From positions 4,010,264 through 4,063,084 of the forward strand of contig NW_003526945.1 in the NCBI RefSeq assembly GCF_000181795.1: a stretch of DNA of 52,821 nt, written 5' to 3'. Each line of letters opens with the position of its first letter. Position 1 is the stretch's first letter. The position numbers were made by a program, and so were the translations under genes. Shown here one piece after another: positions 12,801-26,971 of this stretch. Under the pieces are notes generated by a model. That model saw only the letters and a program-made list of their open reading frames with translations, was not told the DNA's origin and ran no database searches. Origin of the DNA: Trichinella spiralis (taxonomy: Eukaryota).

Positions 12801-15732
12801 TTATTCATTGCCGAACCTGATGCTTCTTCACAGTATATCATTAGTTCTCAGTTTTGCTGTTCAGTGAAGGATGATGCTTTTGCAAGCTTCTCGGTGCTTT
12901 CTCCAAAATCAATCAGACTCTTCGTCTGCATCCGAGCAAATAGTAATAATAATAATAATGCCACGCCAAGATTTAATTTTGACAATCCATTCCCAGAAGA
13001 AGATAATACAAAATTGTTTTTTTCATGTTTTCTCTTTCTATTTGAACAATTCATTTCAAAATCACCGCCATTAGTTTGCAGAATCAATTTCCAACCATTC
13101 CATCGTGTACACTTTGGATGTGAGCAGTGGATTTTCACTTCACCCAATTGGTGGTTTATCCTTTGCTTATTTGTTCATTTCTGAAATGTCAATTTTACAA
13201 TTCAATTCAAATCGACTCCAATATAACACAAAAAATTTACATAATAATAACGTTGTTGAAGAATGCAAATTATTTGCAAAAAAAACAACAAAGTTGTGTA
13301 TTTCAAAGTGTATATTTAAACATTCGAAAATGTACTACTATTTTTTTTCATTTTATTTTTCACTTCGTCCTGGCACTGCCGTGTATTATTTTTTTTTGAA
13401 TTATACTACGCCGGCTAACGTTTGAAAATTACCCACAAACAAAAAGTGTTTTCAATTTTCGCAAAACAACTCTCAAAAATGCTCATACACTTTTGCTCAT
13501 CGTCATCTTGGCACTTAGCTGAACTTGAAAATGCCCGGTTAATTCACTTGAAAACTAGACATAAGCTGGTCGAGTTTAATGGATAAATTTTTGAAATAAG
13601 TGCACTAACGCCGCGACCAGGGGAAGAACATTCTTTTCAATAAACGCTGCTGCTGTTTGGGAATGCAATTTTGCCACTGCAATTGCCAGATGTCTAAGCA
13701 TCTTATTCATCATCATCATCATACTTTTTGTTGAATTGCATTCTTTAAAATTTTTATTTTCAAACCGCTGTCCAAACTTTCCCATCCACTTACTCACTTT
13801 GACTGAGGATCATTCACCACCGGTCGTATTTAGTTGATACAATTTCATCCATTCAAAATCTACATCCACCACAGTCGGGTAAGTATGTTCTGAACGTGCG
13901 GCTCTGATCGATCAATTTCTCTGAAATCAAAAAATAACAATTTTCAAAATTGAACAACATTCCCTTTCGTAGAGTAAACATAAATTTCAATTGTACATTT
14001 TGTTCAATCAAATTTGATCAATTGATCCGATAAAAATGATAAGACAAATAATAATTGTTAATCCGCTTTGAAAAATTGCTGCTGCTGTTGCTGCTGCACG
14101 ACGCAATTGCCAGCCGACAATTAATGCGTGCGCGCGCACACAATTCCAAGTGATTCAACAAAATATTTATGAATGGCAGCTGTTATTGTGGCTAATATGC
14201 TTGTTGCTCGAATGCCAAAGCACGATCGGACAACTGTTTTCAATTTATCGTTTCACGAATTTCAACGCAATTTATCATAGTTGAACAAACCTTCCATATG
14301 CAAATTGCCATTGCCGACCAACAAAATTGCTCCATTCCATTCAACTCTTCAACAGTTGTTCAATTGTTTCTTTGTTTACAAATTGTACAGTAATACTCGA
14401 AGGATCATCGCCCAAATTACAGTAATCTCATTTTTGCACAATTTGACCAAATTTTGTAAAACAAAAATCAAACATAACCAATTTTAAATATTAATATTGC
14501 TTTTCAATTTTCCATTTTGATTTCTGAAAAATGTGAACAAATTAACAATTAATTGCACGCTTGCAGTGAAATTATTGCCACAAGATAGAGTGGAAAGCGG
14601 TGCTTTGTCCAAGTTTAGTCTTAATTCTGTCGTCTGCAAAATAGCAAAACTGTTGTAGTGAATTTTTTATTTGCATACAATTTGCAGCTATGAAGACGTG
14701 AAAAGGGTCGCTTTTCGCTCAATGTCTCCTTTCTGACGTCACAGCTTTGCTGCAGTTGGATCATCAGCAACGGAAATGCGGTGCAAAAAATTTCACCACA
14801 CAGCCGTATAGCCAACTAATCCGGCTCTTTTTTGAGGAACTGAGGCAGAGATTAAAAAAACACTAATGATACGAATAAAAATGTGTGTAATACGAGTTAC
14901 AATATTTTTTGTTTATTGGTGGTAAACAACAAGTAAATGCACAAGACGATGCGGGGTGTTAAATTAGTTTTTGATCGTAAAAATGGAACGCGTAAAGTTG
15001 GGCAGTGTTGGATATTTGTGATAAATTTCATTCGACCACCGATCATTAATAAAAATTGCATTTTTAATTTTAGAATTAAATATAGACGGTGGACGTGCCT
15101 CACGTCAGTCAGTGTAGGTTGTGTTGTTCATCATTATCGGACTTTCCATCTATTTTTTTTCCTCCTCACTCCTCAGAGACCGAAAGGGCAAAATGACGAG
15201 ACTGATCGTAAACTTTAAATATATGTGAATGCCTCTGATTGCGCAAGTTTAAAAATTGCATTTATTTGTCGCATATGCTTTATATGTGAAATCCATTTTC
15301 TTCCAAGCCGACTGCGCCAGTTACGAGCATTCGACGAGCGCTGGTGCTTATTCATTTATGCATCAGTTTTGTGTTGTTTGTCAATGTCGACTTGAAGATG
15401 TGCTTTCGGCATCTTGTGTGCGCATATTTGCCGTCAACAATTCAGTTGTTCACGTTCAATATTCGATTGACATTGTTGAACACCTCTCCGTGTCTGGATG
15501 TTAGCCATTTCCACAACAACAACAACAACAACAACTTCCACTATAATATAATTCAGCCGGCTATTTCTAAATATATTCTCCATCTTCTCAATTGTCATTA
15601 ATTAGAAATTAATGAAGAAAAATTAAATAAATTTTACGCGATTATTTAAAATTTTTTGCAAAAAAAACATTTTATTATAATGAAAAATTTGAAATAATTG
15701 TGTGTAGACGTTCACTGAGTTCTACGGCAGCG

Positions 15733-16121
15733 ATGGTTTCCTCTTCTTCATCTTCTAACCAAGTGACCGACAATTTGGTGAATCAGTTGACGCCGGATGA
15801 AGTTGACGAATTTCGAGAAGCTTTCATGATGTTCGACAAGGACAAAAATGGAACCATCTCGACAAAAGAGCTCGGCGTTGCCATGCGATCATTGGGACAG
15901 AATCCAACTGAACAAGTAAATGATAAAAATTTGCATTGTTTCCATTAAACACTTTCACCTATCATCACCAACTGATAATATTATGATTGAATAATTTTAT
16001 TTCATTCCATTTCAAATGCAAATAAGTTAACAATAGATAAATGAAAAAATTTCCCACAATTTCCTCCATCTACATTATTAATAGTGTTTGTGTAAATATT
16101 TGAAAAATAATTTCAATTTAT

Positions 16122-16161
<40 letters not shown>

Positions 16162-16861
16162 TATTTATTTATATTTGAGGAGCTGATTGAAATGATCAAC
16201 GAGGTAGATATTGATGGAAATGGTCAAATTGAGTTTCCAGAATTTTGCCTAATGATGAAACGTATGATGAAAGAGACAGATTCTGAAATGATACGGGAAG
16301 CTTTTCGTGTATTTGACAAGGATGGTAATGGTGTTGTCACTGCACAGGTGAGCAGATGCAACTTATTCACTTGTTGAAGCTTCTTGTTCCGCAACACAGC
16401 AAAAGCAAGCATTGTTTGTTTTACTTTGCAGCTTGTGCTTTGTTCATTGACCAAATTTACAACAGTCATAAAATTTGCCATTGTTTTATTAAATATTTAA
16501 AAACGTTCCTACTGTACAAATGAAATCTTAAAATTAAATCAATTCAATAAATAGAAATGAATTAATTAGAAATGATAAATTATTTTTCTATTGATACAAT
16601 AGTTTATCAATACTTTTTTATTCGACTCGTAATTTTTAAATTAATATTTGCTTATGTGAAAGAGAACGACAGCTATTGCTATAAGTATGATTAAATTGAA
16701 TTTATTGTTTGCGTTCAATTTAGGAATTCCGCTATTTCATGATGCACATGGGTATGCAGTTTACTGAAGATGAAGTAGATGAAATGATTCAAGAAGTGGA
16801 CGTTGACGGTGATGGTCAAATTGATTATGAAGAATTTGTTAAAATGATGACTTCTAGGTGA
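15733..16861 (+). CDS. cal-1: Calmodulin-like EF-hand protein (cal-1 type), ~162 aa, exons 15733-15915, 16180-16347, 16724-16861
   Basis: Four EF-hands. [45 protein letters not shown] and [15 protein letters not shown] are characteristic of nematode CAL-1 rather than canonical calmodulin. An acceptor at ~15708 suggests further upstream exons. Confidence 0.92.
16126..16153. repeat. (TA)n microsatellite in a cal-1 intron
   Basis: Read directly. Other microsatellites: (TTG)n ~10495-10517, (CTT)n 11821-11850, (ACA)n ~15513-15534, (AT)n ~35827-35848, (AC)n ~39208-39228 and ~48619-48638. Confidence 0.9.
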
Positions 16862-19800
16862 CAACAAACCCAACGATATTTTTCTCCTTTAACAGCAGCA
16901 ATATCTCTTTCTCTTCTTTTCTTTTTAGCGTTTCGCTTATTTTTGTTTCTGATTCTTTTTTGATTTTGCATTGCATTTTTATAACGAAAAATTCCTTTTA
17001 TTAATCGCATATTCCACATATATATCAAATCATCCATCATACGCTGTGTTTTGTTCCTACACATGTTGTAAGGTTTTATTTTTCTGCAATTATTTGCTTG
17101 TCATTCATATACAATTAAAATGGACAAGAAAAATTTACATGTTTTGATGTAAAATTTTACAAAGTTGGTTTAAGCTGTGTAAATCATAGACAATTATAAG
17201 CAGCTTTTCACCTTTTACAATAAGTCAAGGATTATTTTCCAAACTGTGCATATTTCATTATATTTCGCCGCATATATATTCAACGCACCCCCAACGGCAA
17301 TATTCCTTCATACTGTAGATAAATATTGCTGTTGATTTAGTGTAGTTAAAAATTTGCGTTTCCAATTTGCAAGCTGTAAATGTAATTTTATCAGATTTTG
17401 CATTAAAAAATATTTTTTTCCGTACTTTAAAAGAGTGACAATTAGCATTAAAAGAAATACTTGTTTCTTTTTTCATTCTTGGTTGCTTTAGAAGCTTAAT
17501 AAAATAAATTTTTAAATAAAATTTAAATTGACAAGAACATTTGCCAGTAATTGACATTTTGTTCGCATTTTTACAAAAATTATTACAAGCCCTTTTAGGA
17601 TGAGTTAGTTCAGTTTAGTAATTCTCTTCAAAATATCTCAAATTTGACAACTTGATTGCGTTTGAAAATTGAAAAATTTAACAACAACAAAATATCAAAC
17701 ATATATACTAAAAATATTAATAATTCCACAAATGATTTCACAACCACACCTATACCACCATCTGCCGCATCTTAACACTGTTGGATGAATGCTTGTTTTC
17801 CTTGTTTTGCATTCCCATAAAATTTAAATCGACAAAAATGGATTTTGCAATTTTTAAAGCTAAAAAGAGTTGATTGTTTCGACGTGTTTTTAAATTGAAA
17901 AATTTACCTTATTTGACAATCAAATTATTTGCCATTTTATTGGATCATTCCACTGCGTTGATCAATAAAGCTTTTCCACTGCTTGGTTAAATTGTAAATA
18001 AACTGAACATTAAATTCAAATTTATCATATTTTATGGTTTTTAATTTTTTAAATATCCAATATTTGCACATTCAGCTTCAAATTTTTTTAAATTGTAATA
18101 ATGAATAAATTTCACATGCACATTTCGTTTTTGATAGTTCTACCGTGGGTTTTTTTTGTTGCTTGCTTTTTTCTGCTTTTATTAGACTTTTAGTTTAAAA
18201 ATATTTTATTGCCTGTCCAGTTGGCATTGCAAGCTGTTAGCTGTTAGCTTGTTTCATATAAAAGTGACGCGCTCTTTTGAACATTCAATTTCTCTGTTCA
18301 ATAAATCTAAGCATCTTCATTTTGTTCAACAGCTAATTTTTGATTTTAAAGTCCATTTTATGGTTTCTTCCATTGTAAAAAATAGCATGCTACTTCAAAT
18401 TTAACGCAAAGTGATTCGTCATTTCTCTGGCTCATCTGCTTTTTCAATTGCCATTTTCTTTGCATCAATAATTCAACCCTTTTGAAGTGCCTTTTTTATA
18501 CACTTTTATAGTGTTTACCGGCCATCAATGCTGAACAATATATTTTTATTATATAATCACGACAGAATGCTTTCAAAAGCTAGATGAGTACTTTTTAGAT
18601 AATTCTTTTGATTAATGCTAAGAATATTTATGCTCCTGTGTGCAAGTTTCATCAAGTACATCATCATCAGCTGCGCCATGTTTTATATTTCGATGATCAA
18701 TGCTTTCCCTTTTTCTCTTTCCTGATTTCAATATCTTCATTTTAACAGGTAAAGCTTTGCTCAAATTACTTTGAAAATAGTGTTTATAATGAGATTTTTT
18801 TCAAAAATTTTCATATTTCTTTCTCTATTCCGTTTTGTGCTAGAATAAAGCAATTAAAATCCAATCCAAATTATCATCGTCGTCATCATTATTAGAGTAT
18901 CAATTAAAAGTTTACACTTTTATTTATTGAAAGTAAATAGCATTTTAATAATAAAACAGAAGAATGGAAGCATCCATTGTGTGAAATTTTAATTTGAATA
19001 GGAAGAAGAAGAAGAATAAGAAGAGCAGAGAAGTTGAGGTTTCTAGGAAAATATGTTTAACATTAATTAATTGCATTGGACAAATTGGATGAAATATGTT
19101 CATAATAAGTGCATTCAAGAAAAAGATATTTATAAAATTAATACTGATCCAATTTTTAAACAAAATTATACAATTATACAGATAGGTGCATTTGGGGGTA
19201 AATCGCAGTGATAGGATACATTTCTGCTAATAATAAAAGCAAACCACAACTTGAGCGAGGGATAATAGTTTCTTCTATTAAATGTTTTACCTTAGCAAGT
19301 TGGATGTGAACATTGATTGGATTTAGTTAGCATCTTGTCAAATTAGTATCGCGGCGGCATATCAGCAACGGTTCAATGATTTCACGCCACATTTTAACCA
19401 TCATGACTAATTTCAAATTCGACGAGCAACAATTAAAAGCCTGTAAACAGGAAGCTCTAGACACGCAAAGCTTGACTCACTCTATTGTATAAGTATCCAT
19501 TGCACATGTTCGTAGCAACATGTTGATCTATACAAACTTCAAAAAGTGCTACATTTTCTAATTTCAAATGCAAATAAAACAATCAATGCAAAATTGCTTT
19601 TAATATTGATGCTGTTGCATACATTTTGGTGAGCTTGTTGGCAAATGTGTATAATTATTGAGCAATTTGAACTTTAAATGTTTCATCTCAGTGCGTACTT
19701 CATTTGGCATATCAATTATTAAAATTTGATGACAATAATTATTTCAGTAAATTATTAATGCACTGCGATACTTGCTTTTCTAAAATTATTTTCATTCCAC

Positions 19801-22201
19801 CTTGCGTAGATCACCTATAAGAGTGAATGTGCATTGACTTTCAGCGTGAGATATTTGTAAGTTTCATGTTATTGATCATTTATTTTCAAAGTTACCTTTG
19901 GAATAGAAAGCAAACAAATAAAAGCTGCAAACTGTAAGATGTGTAAAAAAGATTTTCTCCGGTAAATAAAACTATGCGTTTAGAAATGTCATGCTAGTGA
20001 TGAAATTGATTTGATTTTCTTCTACCATTGGAATAATAGCAAAAGCAAATTTTCATATATTTATTGTTCAAAGCAATCAAAACTATTTTTATATAATTGT
20101 AACTATATGACATCACTTGTGTGATTGATCACATTGCACAGATTGCACAATGTTTGTTACAGTTTAGCCAACAAGTATGGCAGTGGTAAACAACATTCTT
20201 CATACTTTCTTTTTTGAATATAACTTGTTGCAATTTAATATTTTCAACATCCAATCATGTTTCAAAACATTTTCTTATTTAATAAGTATATTTTTTTAAA
20301 TTAATTTATCATTTTTTGCATTATACATTTTTTCAAAAAACTTTAAAGCTGAAAACTTCAATTTTGAAAGCACAGTTTGCATTGCAGAATAAAATACTTG
20401 TATAATATCTTTTTCAAATAACGCTCATATAGTGATTGGATATTAGTTTATCTTTTTTCAATTATATAACTCAGCATGCTTGCTTTGAAAGATCAAAATT
20501 TTCATGTGATATTAACCCAATGATGATGATGATGATGCAGCATTATGATGACATTATGATTAAAGCAAGTGTGAAGGAAATTGTTTTAATTTTATATTAT
20601 ACTCATATTTGATGTATATATGTTTCAGTAAATAAATATTTTGCATTGATTTAAAATATTAAGCATCAGATTTATCTTTCTGTATTTATTTATTCACGGG
20701 CATTTAGCTGAACAGCTGTGTGGCGTTGAACATTTTGCGCATGGTATAAAGAACAGCAAAATTATTTACTTCAAAACCATTTATAATTGCTTTTCATCAT
20801 GACAATGTTTTCAAATTTTGCACTGAAAAAGAAATTAAGCCGTTTGCTTTCGACAATGGTAACTAACAGAAGCTTTTATTTAAAATTACAATATGCAAAT
20901 TAGTTTTGATAAATTTGCCTTGTTTTCAAACTATTAATAATTGAAGAAATATGCAAAAAATAAAAACGAAAACTTAATTTTACTTTTCTCGTCTAGTGCA
21001 TTTTTCATAGGCATCAGTATGCTCGAAAATGCAAATGTGAAATTTAGCGATAATCAATTATTGACTTATTATTTATTTACTCGCATAAAAAGTTGGTGGA
21101 TGACGTCTGTGTTCTGATTAAAATTGCATAACCTTTCAACTAACTTTCTGCTAATTCTGGTACAATGCGGATGATCTGCTGCGAAGAAAAGCATTTAAAT
21201 TTTTACAAAGCCGGCTCTATTTGAATATTATCTATGGATGAACATATTGAAAGTCAAAAAAAGATAAAATGGTTAATTTTATGAACAGTATGTGAAGCTG
21301 GATACAGAGTATTTTTAAATAGAATATTAAGATTGAAGCTGCCCTGCTGCTTATTGTATCTTTCATATATTGTCACTTTGTTCTGCTCATGTTTGTTTAA
21401 TCAACTCTGGTTAGATTCGATTCTTATTTGTTCTGATCATCACGGTGCCAGTTCATTTATTTTGAAAGAACTTTCTATTCTGTTAACAACATTGGATGAG
21501 GTAAGTAAGAATAGGCTGAAATTAATTTCATTCTTACTTACATTTAATCAATCCAATACCAAACTATAGTAACAAAACTGACCCATGTAGCTTCCAACTG
21601 TGCACAGCATAGCAGAGCTATGCAGACAGAAGAAAGCAGTCATGGATGGGGTGACTTTCTGTTGACTAACATAATGATGCTAAATTTGATTGGATGCTTT
21701 GCAATGATATACATACGCACACCACGTTGCAAACTGATAGATTATAAGTTGCAGTTAAAATTTCGAAACTGCACTTCCTGACTTTAAAAATGAAACTTTT
21801 CCACTGTAAACCGTTAAATAGGCATTGATTTTCTTTTTTATAACATTACATTTTACTTGATTGAATTTCACCAAGTCAGCATGATCAGTCATCCAACTTT
21901 GTCGATCATGTACAATGAATGCACTTTGTTCAGCTACTCTTTCTTCATTTTCGTAAGTAAACTTTAACAAAATCACATTTCACCAGGGATCATGCCGTAT
22001 CACTTATGTAAAGTATTTGATTCTGCTTCAAGTGGCCATCGTTGAATAAAATGAAAGAAATTGCTACTTTGTCAAAGCAAACATTGCTTGTTGTACCTTC
22101 TTCTTCTTTCTCTTCTTCTCTTATTTTCATATAGCATTGCGCTTCTGCTTTTTTTTGTCTCGTTTTGTTTTGCTTTGCTCATTTCTTTTATATTTAAGAT
22201 A

Positions 22202-24716
22202 ATGAATCAAAAAGCTGAAGACACGGATAAAATAACTGCCAAAAAACAACCTGACAAAGGTGAAATTGCACCTCTGAGCCACGGATCTATACTTAAGAAG
22301 GTGGACAAAATTCAACCCAACCTGTGGGGTAGGCAGAATGTGAAGTTCAAAGTGATTCTACTTGGCGCCAGTCAAGTCGGCAAAACTGCCATTGTGGACC
22401 AATATTTGTGGAAAAAATTCCAACCAGACAATTACAAGCCTACTATTGACGAATTCAACTGGATTGAATATGAAACTGAAAATGGAAATACATTAATGCT
22501 TGAATTGATTGACACGGCCGGTTGTCGAGATTTTCCAGCAATGCGAAATTTGTACATGACCATTGGCGACGCTTTTATCCTTGTCTATTCTGTGGACAAT
22601 CAAGCGTCTTTTGAAGAAATCAAACAAATTAGGTATGTAACTTTTTGCAATGAATATTTATGACCAATTGACCCAGCAACAATCTTTGAAAAAAAAAGAA
22701 AATTCAATGCTCACTCCTTTACCATTACTTTCTCTACATCCGGACTTCTGAGTGTAAAATTCTTCTGGATTACTACAACGAAAGTATTTTTTCAGTTTGA
22801 ATCCTAATTATTAATATTTCCTATCTAAAAACGGCTGATATGTTCGATTGATATAAGCGGTTTGCTTGCTTGTTTTAGTGTTAGTTGGTTGCATTTTTCA
22901 TTTTTTAAAAGAATAACAATATTAATTAAATTTATATTTTTCAAGAAAAGCTTTAGTTAATTTATAAAAAATGAGAGGATTTTTTTTTGAAAAAAAACAT
23001 TTCATATAAACAGTTATTCAGTATTTTAATATAGTTTAAAAATGAATATAAAAATTAATATGTTGAAAATATAATAGATGAAGAATAATAATAATAGAAT
23101 GGCAGAGAATTCTTCAGTTTTCAATTCTAAATCTTCAGTATGATAATAATATAAAAGAGAAGCTGAAAATGTACAAATAATCCAATGCATGTTATTCCTT
23201 TTGTTTCGTTGGAAGACTTGCTGTTTGCATAAAGGGAACAATATTGCATTGCGGTTTTATCAGACGTGCTGTCTGTGATATATTAAAATTGAACACATAC
23301 AACCAGCTTTGTCTAATTAATTGCTGAAATGATACAATGGAACATATACATCATCTATATGCGCACAGACGCATTTCATTTTATTTCACGTGTCCATTAC
23401 TTGAATTTGAATTTTGTTAAAATTAGTCGCATACTAAATTGCCTGCTGCAAAACGTTGCTTTAAATAGAACACATCACACTGCATGCATGTTAAAAACTA
23501 AATTTTTTCTAATTTAAATATTTAAAATCTTTCTTTCTATTTGTGCTTGCTTCACTTCTGTATAGATTTTTGAGAAGGTGTTATTCTGCTAATGCAAATG
23601 TTAATTATTATTTTTTTTAAGAAAAAGTATTGATTTTTTTCTACATTTTCTTATAATAATAGAAGATTATGCACATCCTATTTAAAAATGCAATTATAAT
23701 AAGAAATAGTAATAGAAAATTCAATTTACTATGCTATTTTATGTACAGTAAATTTTGCAGCTGTTTTTTAGTTAATAATTTATACATATTCTGCTTTCAA
23801 TGTAAATTAATTATAAAGAAAACATTATAGCTTTTACAAAAAAAATGGCAGTATGGAATGGCAGAGCATTTTGAAATTTCGTAGACTTTCAATCAAGTAT
23901 ATATAATAATTGATCGCTTATATATCCAACACCTGAACTTGTTAAGAAATGAATTCATTATAATTTTGAGCTGCAGCGTTGAATTTCATTTTTTTTCTTT
24001 TTCGATAATAGAAAACTGATCACATATCTACCTTATTGTGTAAGTTTTTCAGTATTATTTTTTTAAAACATACAATCATGCAAGAAAATTTCAAAAAATC
24101 AATCAATGTAGTAGTTCTCGTAATTAATAATAAATAGAATCGATCTATCTTCTTCTCATCAAATAATACACTGATCAATTAAATTTGAATGAGCATTTTA
24201 TGGAAAACTTGAATTTAATCAAATGAACAATTTAATTAATAATAAAGGGAAATTATTTGACTTAAGTAAGCATTTGCAAACATGAGTAGGCAGAAGTTGT
24301 TTCCCAATTTGGTTTGTGGCTGTATTTCCTTCATTTTCAGAAAAGAGATTGCCACAATCAATCACAAAAATGCTCCGGTGATATTAGTTGGCAATAAAAT
24401 AGATCTTCTGCATGATGGAATAATACCAGAAAGGGCGGTGGTCGGAGGTGAGGTGGAACAATACGCCAAAGAGGCCAACTGCAGCTGCGTGGACGCCAGT
24501 GCCGGGGATTTTGATTCAGTGGAGCGCATATTTGAGACCCTGTTCCAAAACGCCCTGAGCTCACATGAAGAATACCAGAAGCTGCGCAAACGGCGCCAGT
24601 CGATGCCCTTGCCGACTACATCGTCCAATTTTGTCCAAAGAGCCGAAAGAAGTTCAAGCACAACAACCGCTTGCCAATTGCAGAAAAGAAAATCCGGACA
24701 ATGCTTGTTGCAATAA
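22202..24716 (+). CDS. Ras-family GTPase, Rhes/Dexras/Di-Ras-like, ~268 aa, exons 22202-22632 and 24341-24716
   Basis: G1 GASQVGKT, effector YKPTIDE, G3 DTAGCRDFPAMRNL (the FPAM motif is typical of RASD/DIRAS), VGNKID, ASA, basic RKRRQS tail and CAAX box CLLQ. Phase-2 GT-AG intron of 1.7 kb. Confidence 0.88.
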
Positions 24717-24992
24717 TAATTATTACACAGGAATTGAATTCATCAATTCATATGATACTTGATTGAACATTTTCAACTTACTTATTTCATCAAATTGCAC
24801 TTTTCTGAAATTTTATTTCTCTCCATTCTTTCCCATGCTTCAACGCATGTATCATCAACAATTTTCACTGTTTATTTCAAAGCATAATAATAATCATAAT
24901 CATTCCGTCTGTCTTCCACAGTTCTAATCAATACAATTCCTTAATTTTCAAAATTGGAAATTAAAAAATAAAAAAAATTAATACTATTTATA

Positions 24993-26319
24993 CTATTTAT
25001 TTAAACCATACAAATCCCCGTATGACAGAGGTTTCTGTGGACCCAGCTGTAACCAGTGGTCTGGATGCAAAGCATGACGATAAGAATACATATGCGGAGC
25101 AGAGCGAACACGAAAACCGCTGCTGAAGGGCAAAACAAACGGATCATGTCCATCTGAATTGTATTTGACGTTGATTTCTGATGAAACACTGTAATCGTTG
25201 CCAGGCTCGAATTGAAAATTCGTCCCAACAGATGGAAACGAAGTTGCTGTTCTCTGGCCCGTATTTTTTGGAACTTTATGATGATTTTGCATCGCTGCTG
25301 GATTAAGCGATAATTTCAACGCTGAAATAATAATATTCCAAAAAAAACATCCATTCATCGTTATACTCAAGTATTTCAAACAGTCGTGGGATAAAATGGA
25401 AAAATTTCCCCTGCATTTCATAAAATATCTTTCGATCGATTCAAGCTGACAATGTTATACGTAACAGTTGAAACCTTGCAATTAAGTTTGATTTTCAGTA
25501 TTGAAAAATTGAACAATAATATCAATCACGCTTCCTCAAGAAATTGCATTGAAATTCATTTTATAGAAATTCATTATAATCTAAAATTGGAACTACTGCA
25601 CCTTGTTTCAAAATCTATCGCAAAACTTTTCTGAATTAAAATCTGACAACAAAAGAGCAATTACAACAGCGCAATTTCAACAATACAAATAGAATCTGGC
25701 TCATTTATATCAAAATTCTATTAATAGCAATGGAAAAATATTGATTGCGATTATTATTATTATTATTATTATTATTAATACCGTTATAAATGAAGAAAAA
25801 CATTCTTTCTTACCTTCCAAAAATGGTGCTGTAAAATCTGAACTGCCAGAGTTGGATTTTCTCAGTTTGGAACCAATAAAGCCGTCAGAATTCAAAATAT
25901 TGTGATTGTACTTGTACCAAAAAGGACTGCGAAAAAAATCCGCTTTAGCATCGAAAGCGAAATCTGATTTTAGACCTGAAACGCTGAACTCGCCTTCCAT
26001 TAATTCCGTATTTCCACTGCCATGCTTCATTATGTTTGTCAACGATTGTGCATCACCATCATCATTCGACGCTGGTAACCAGAAATGGGGATATTTTGCA
26101 TCACCACTTTCAGGTACGAATCCTGCATTTCTTCTTCTTCTTCTACTGTTATAAAAATCATCTTTCTTCACATCTATTAATCAAAAGAAAAACAATGTCT
26201 GTTGATAATTAAGAAAAATTTAAATAACCATTACCTTGTTTGATCAAAGCATGCTCTTCTAATGCAGCATACGTTTGAAAAAATAAAATGCAAAACGTAA
26301 CTGCACCACTGATGAACAT
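24993..26319 (-). CDS. Orphan, probably secreted protein, ~257 aa, exons 26319-26235, 26173-25814, 25321-24993
   Basis: Exon 1 MFISGAVTFCILFFQTYAALEEHALIKQ resembles a signal peptide. Three exons are joined by phase-1 GT-AG introns (donors GTAATG and GTAAGA; acceptors ATAG and TTTCAG) into one open frame. No family recognised. Confidence 0.6.
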
Positions 26320-26971
26320 CTGAACGTGAATATTCACGTGCCAATTCACTTTCAAGAAATATTTTTATTCCACTGAACAAATGTGTTGCTCAACACTGCT
26401 AACCACTTCAATGTCAACGACAGACGTGACTAATTCTCACCCAGTGACATAAATTTTAAAAATTTCATAACTTTTTTCACTTCTGAATATTATTCATAAG
26501 AAAAAACCAAATTTAAATCATTATTGCATACAGCTTTTCTGTAGACAAAAATTAAATTAATTTCAAAACTATTTTGGAATAAAATAGAGGATAAATTATA
26601 ATAAATTTAAATACACTCATACTTCGCGGTCACGCTACAATATTGATCAATTAATTCACATTTGGCAAACGAGATCGCGTAACCCACAAAGTTAACTTAA
26701 AACTGTAAACGAAATAACTTCATTATTTGAAAATAAAGCTTGCTACCAGAAAAGTACGTGATCACAATTTCAATAATTATCATCAACATTTTAATATATA
26801 AAACAACATTTATCAAATTATAATCGAATTCCACTAAAATTCATAACATTCACAATTTAATACCTAGAATGGTTGACAATTTTCATGTGAATTTTTTTAA
26901 AATTAAAAAAATCTCAACTGTTCTAATAATTTTATACAGATGAAGTTAAAATGTTCTCTTCCCATGCCGTA

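Noticed and set aside
22061..22201. Hydrophobic 'signal/TM' N-terminus on the Ras-like ORF
   Set aside because: It is the translation of a polypyrimidine tract upstream of the acceptor at 22198, with a non-ATG start.
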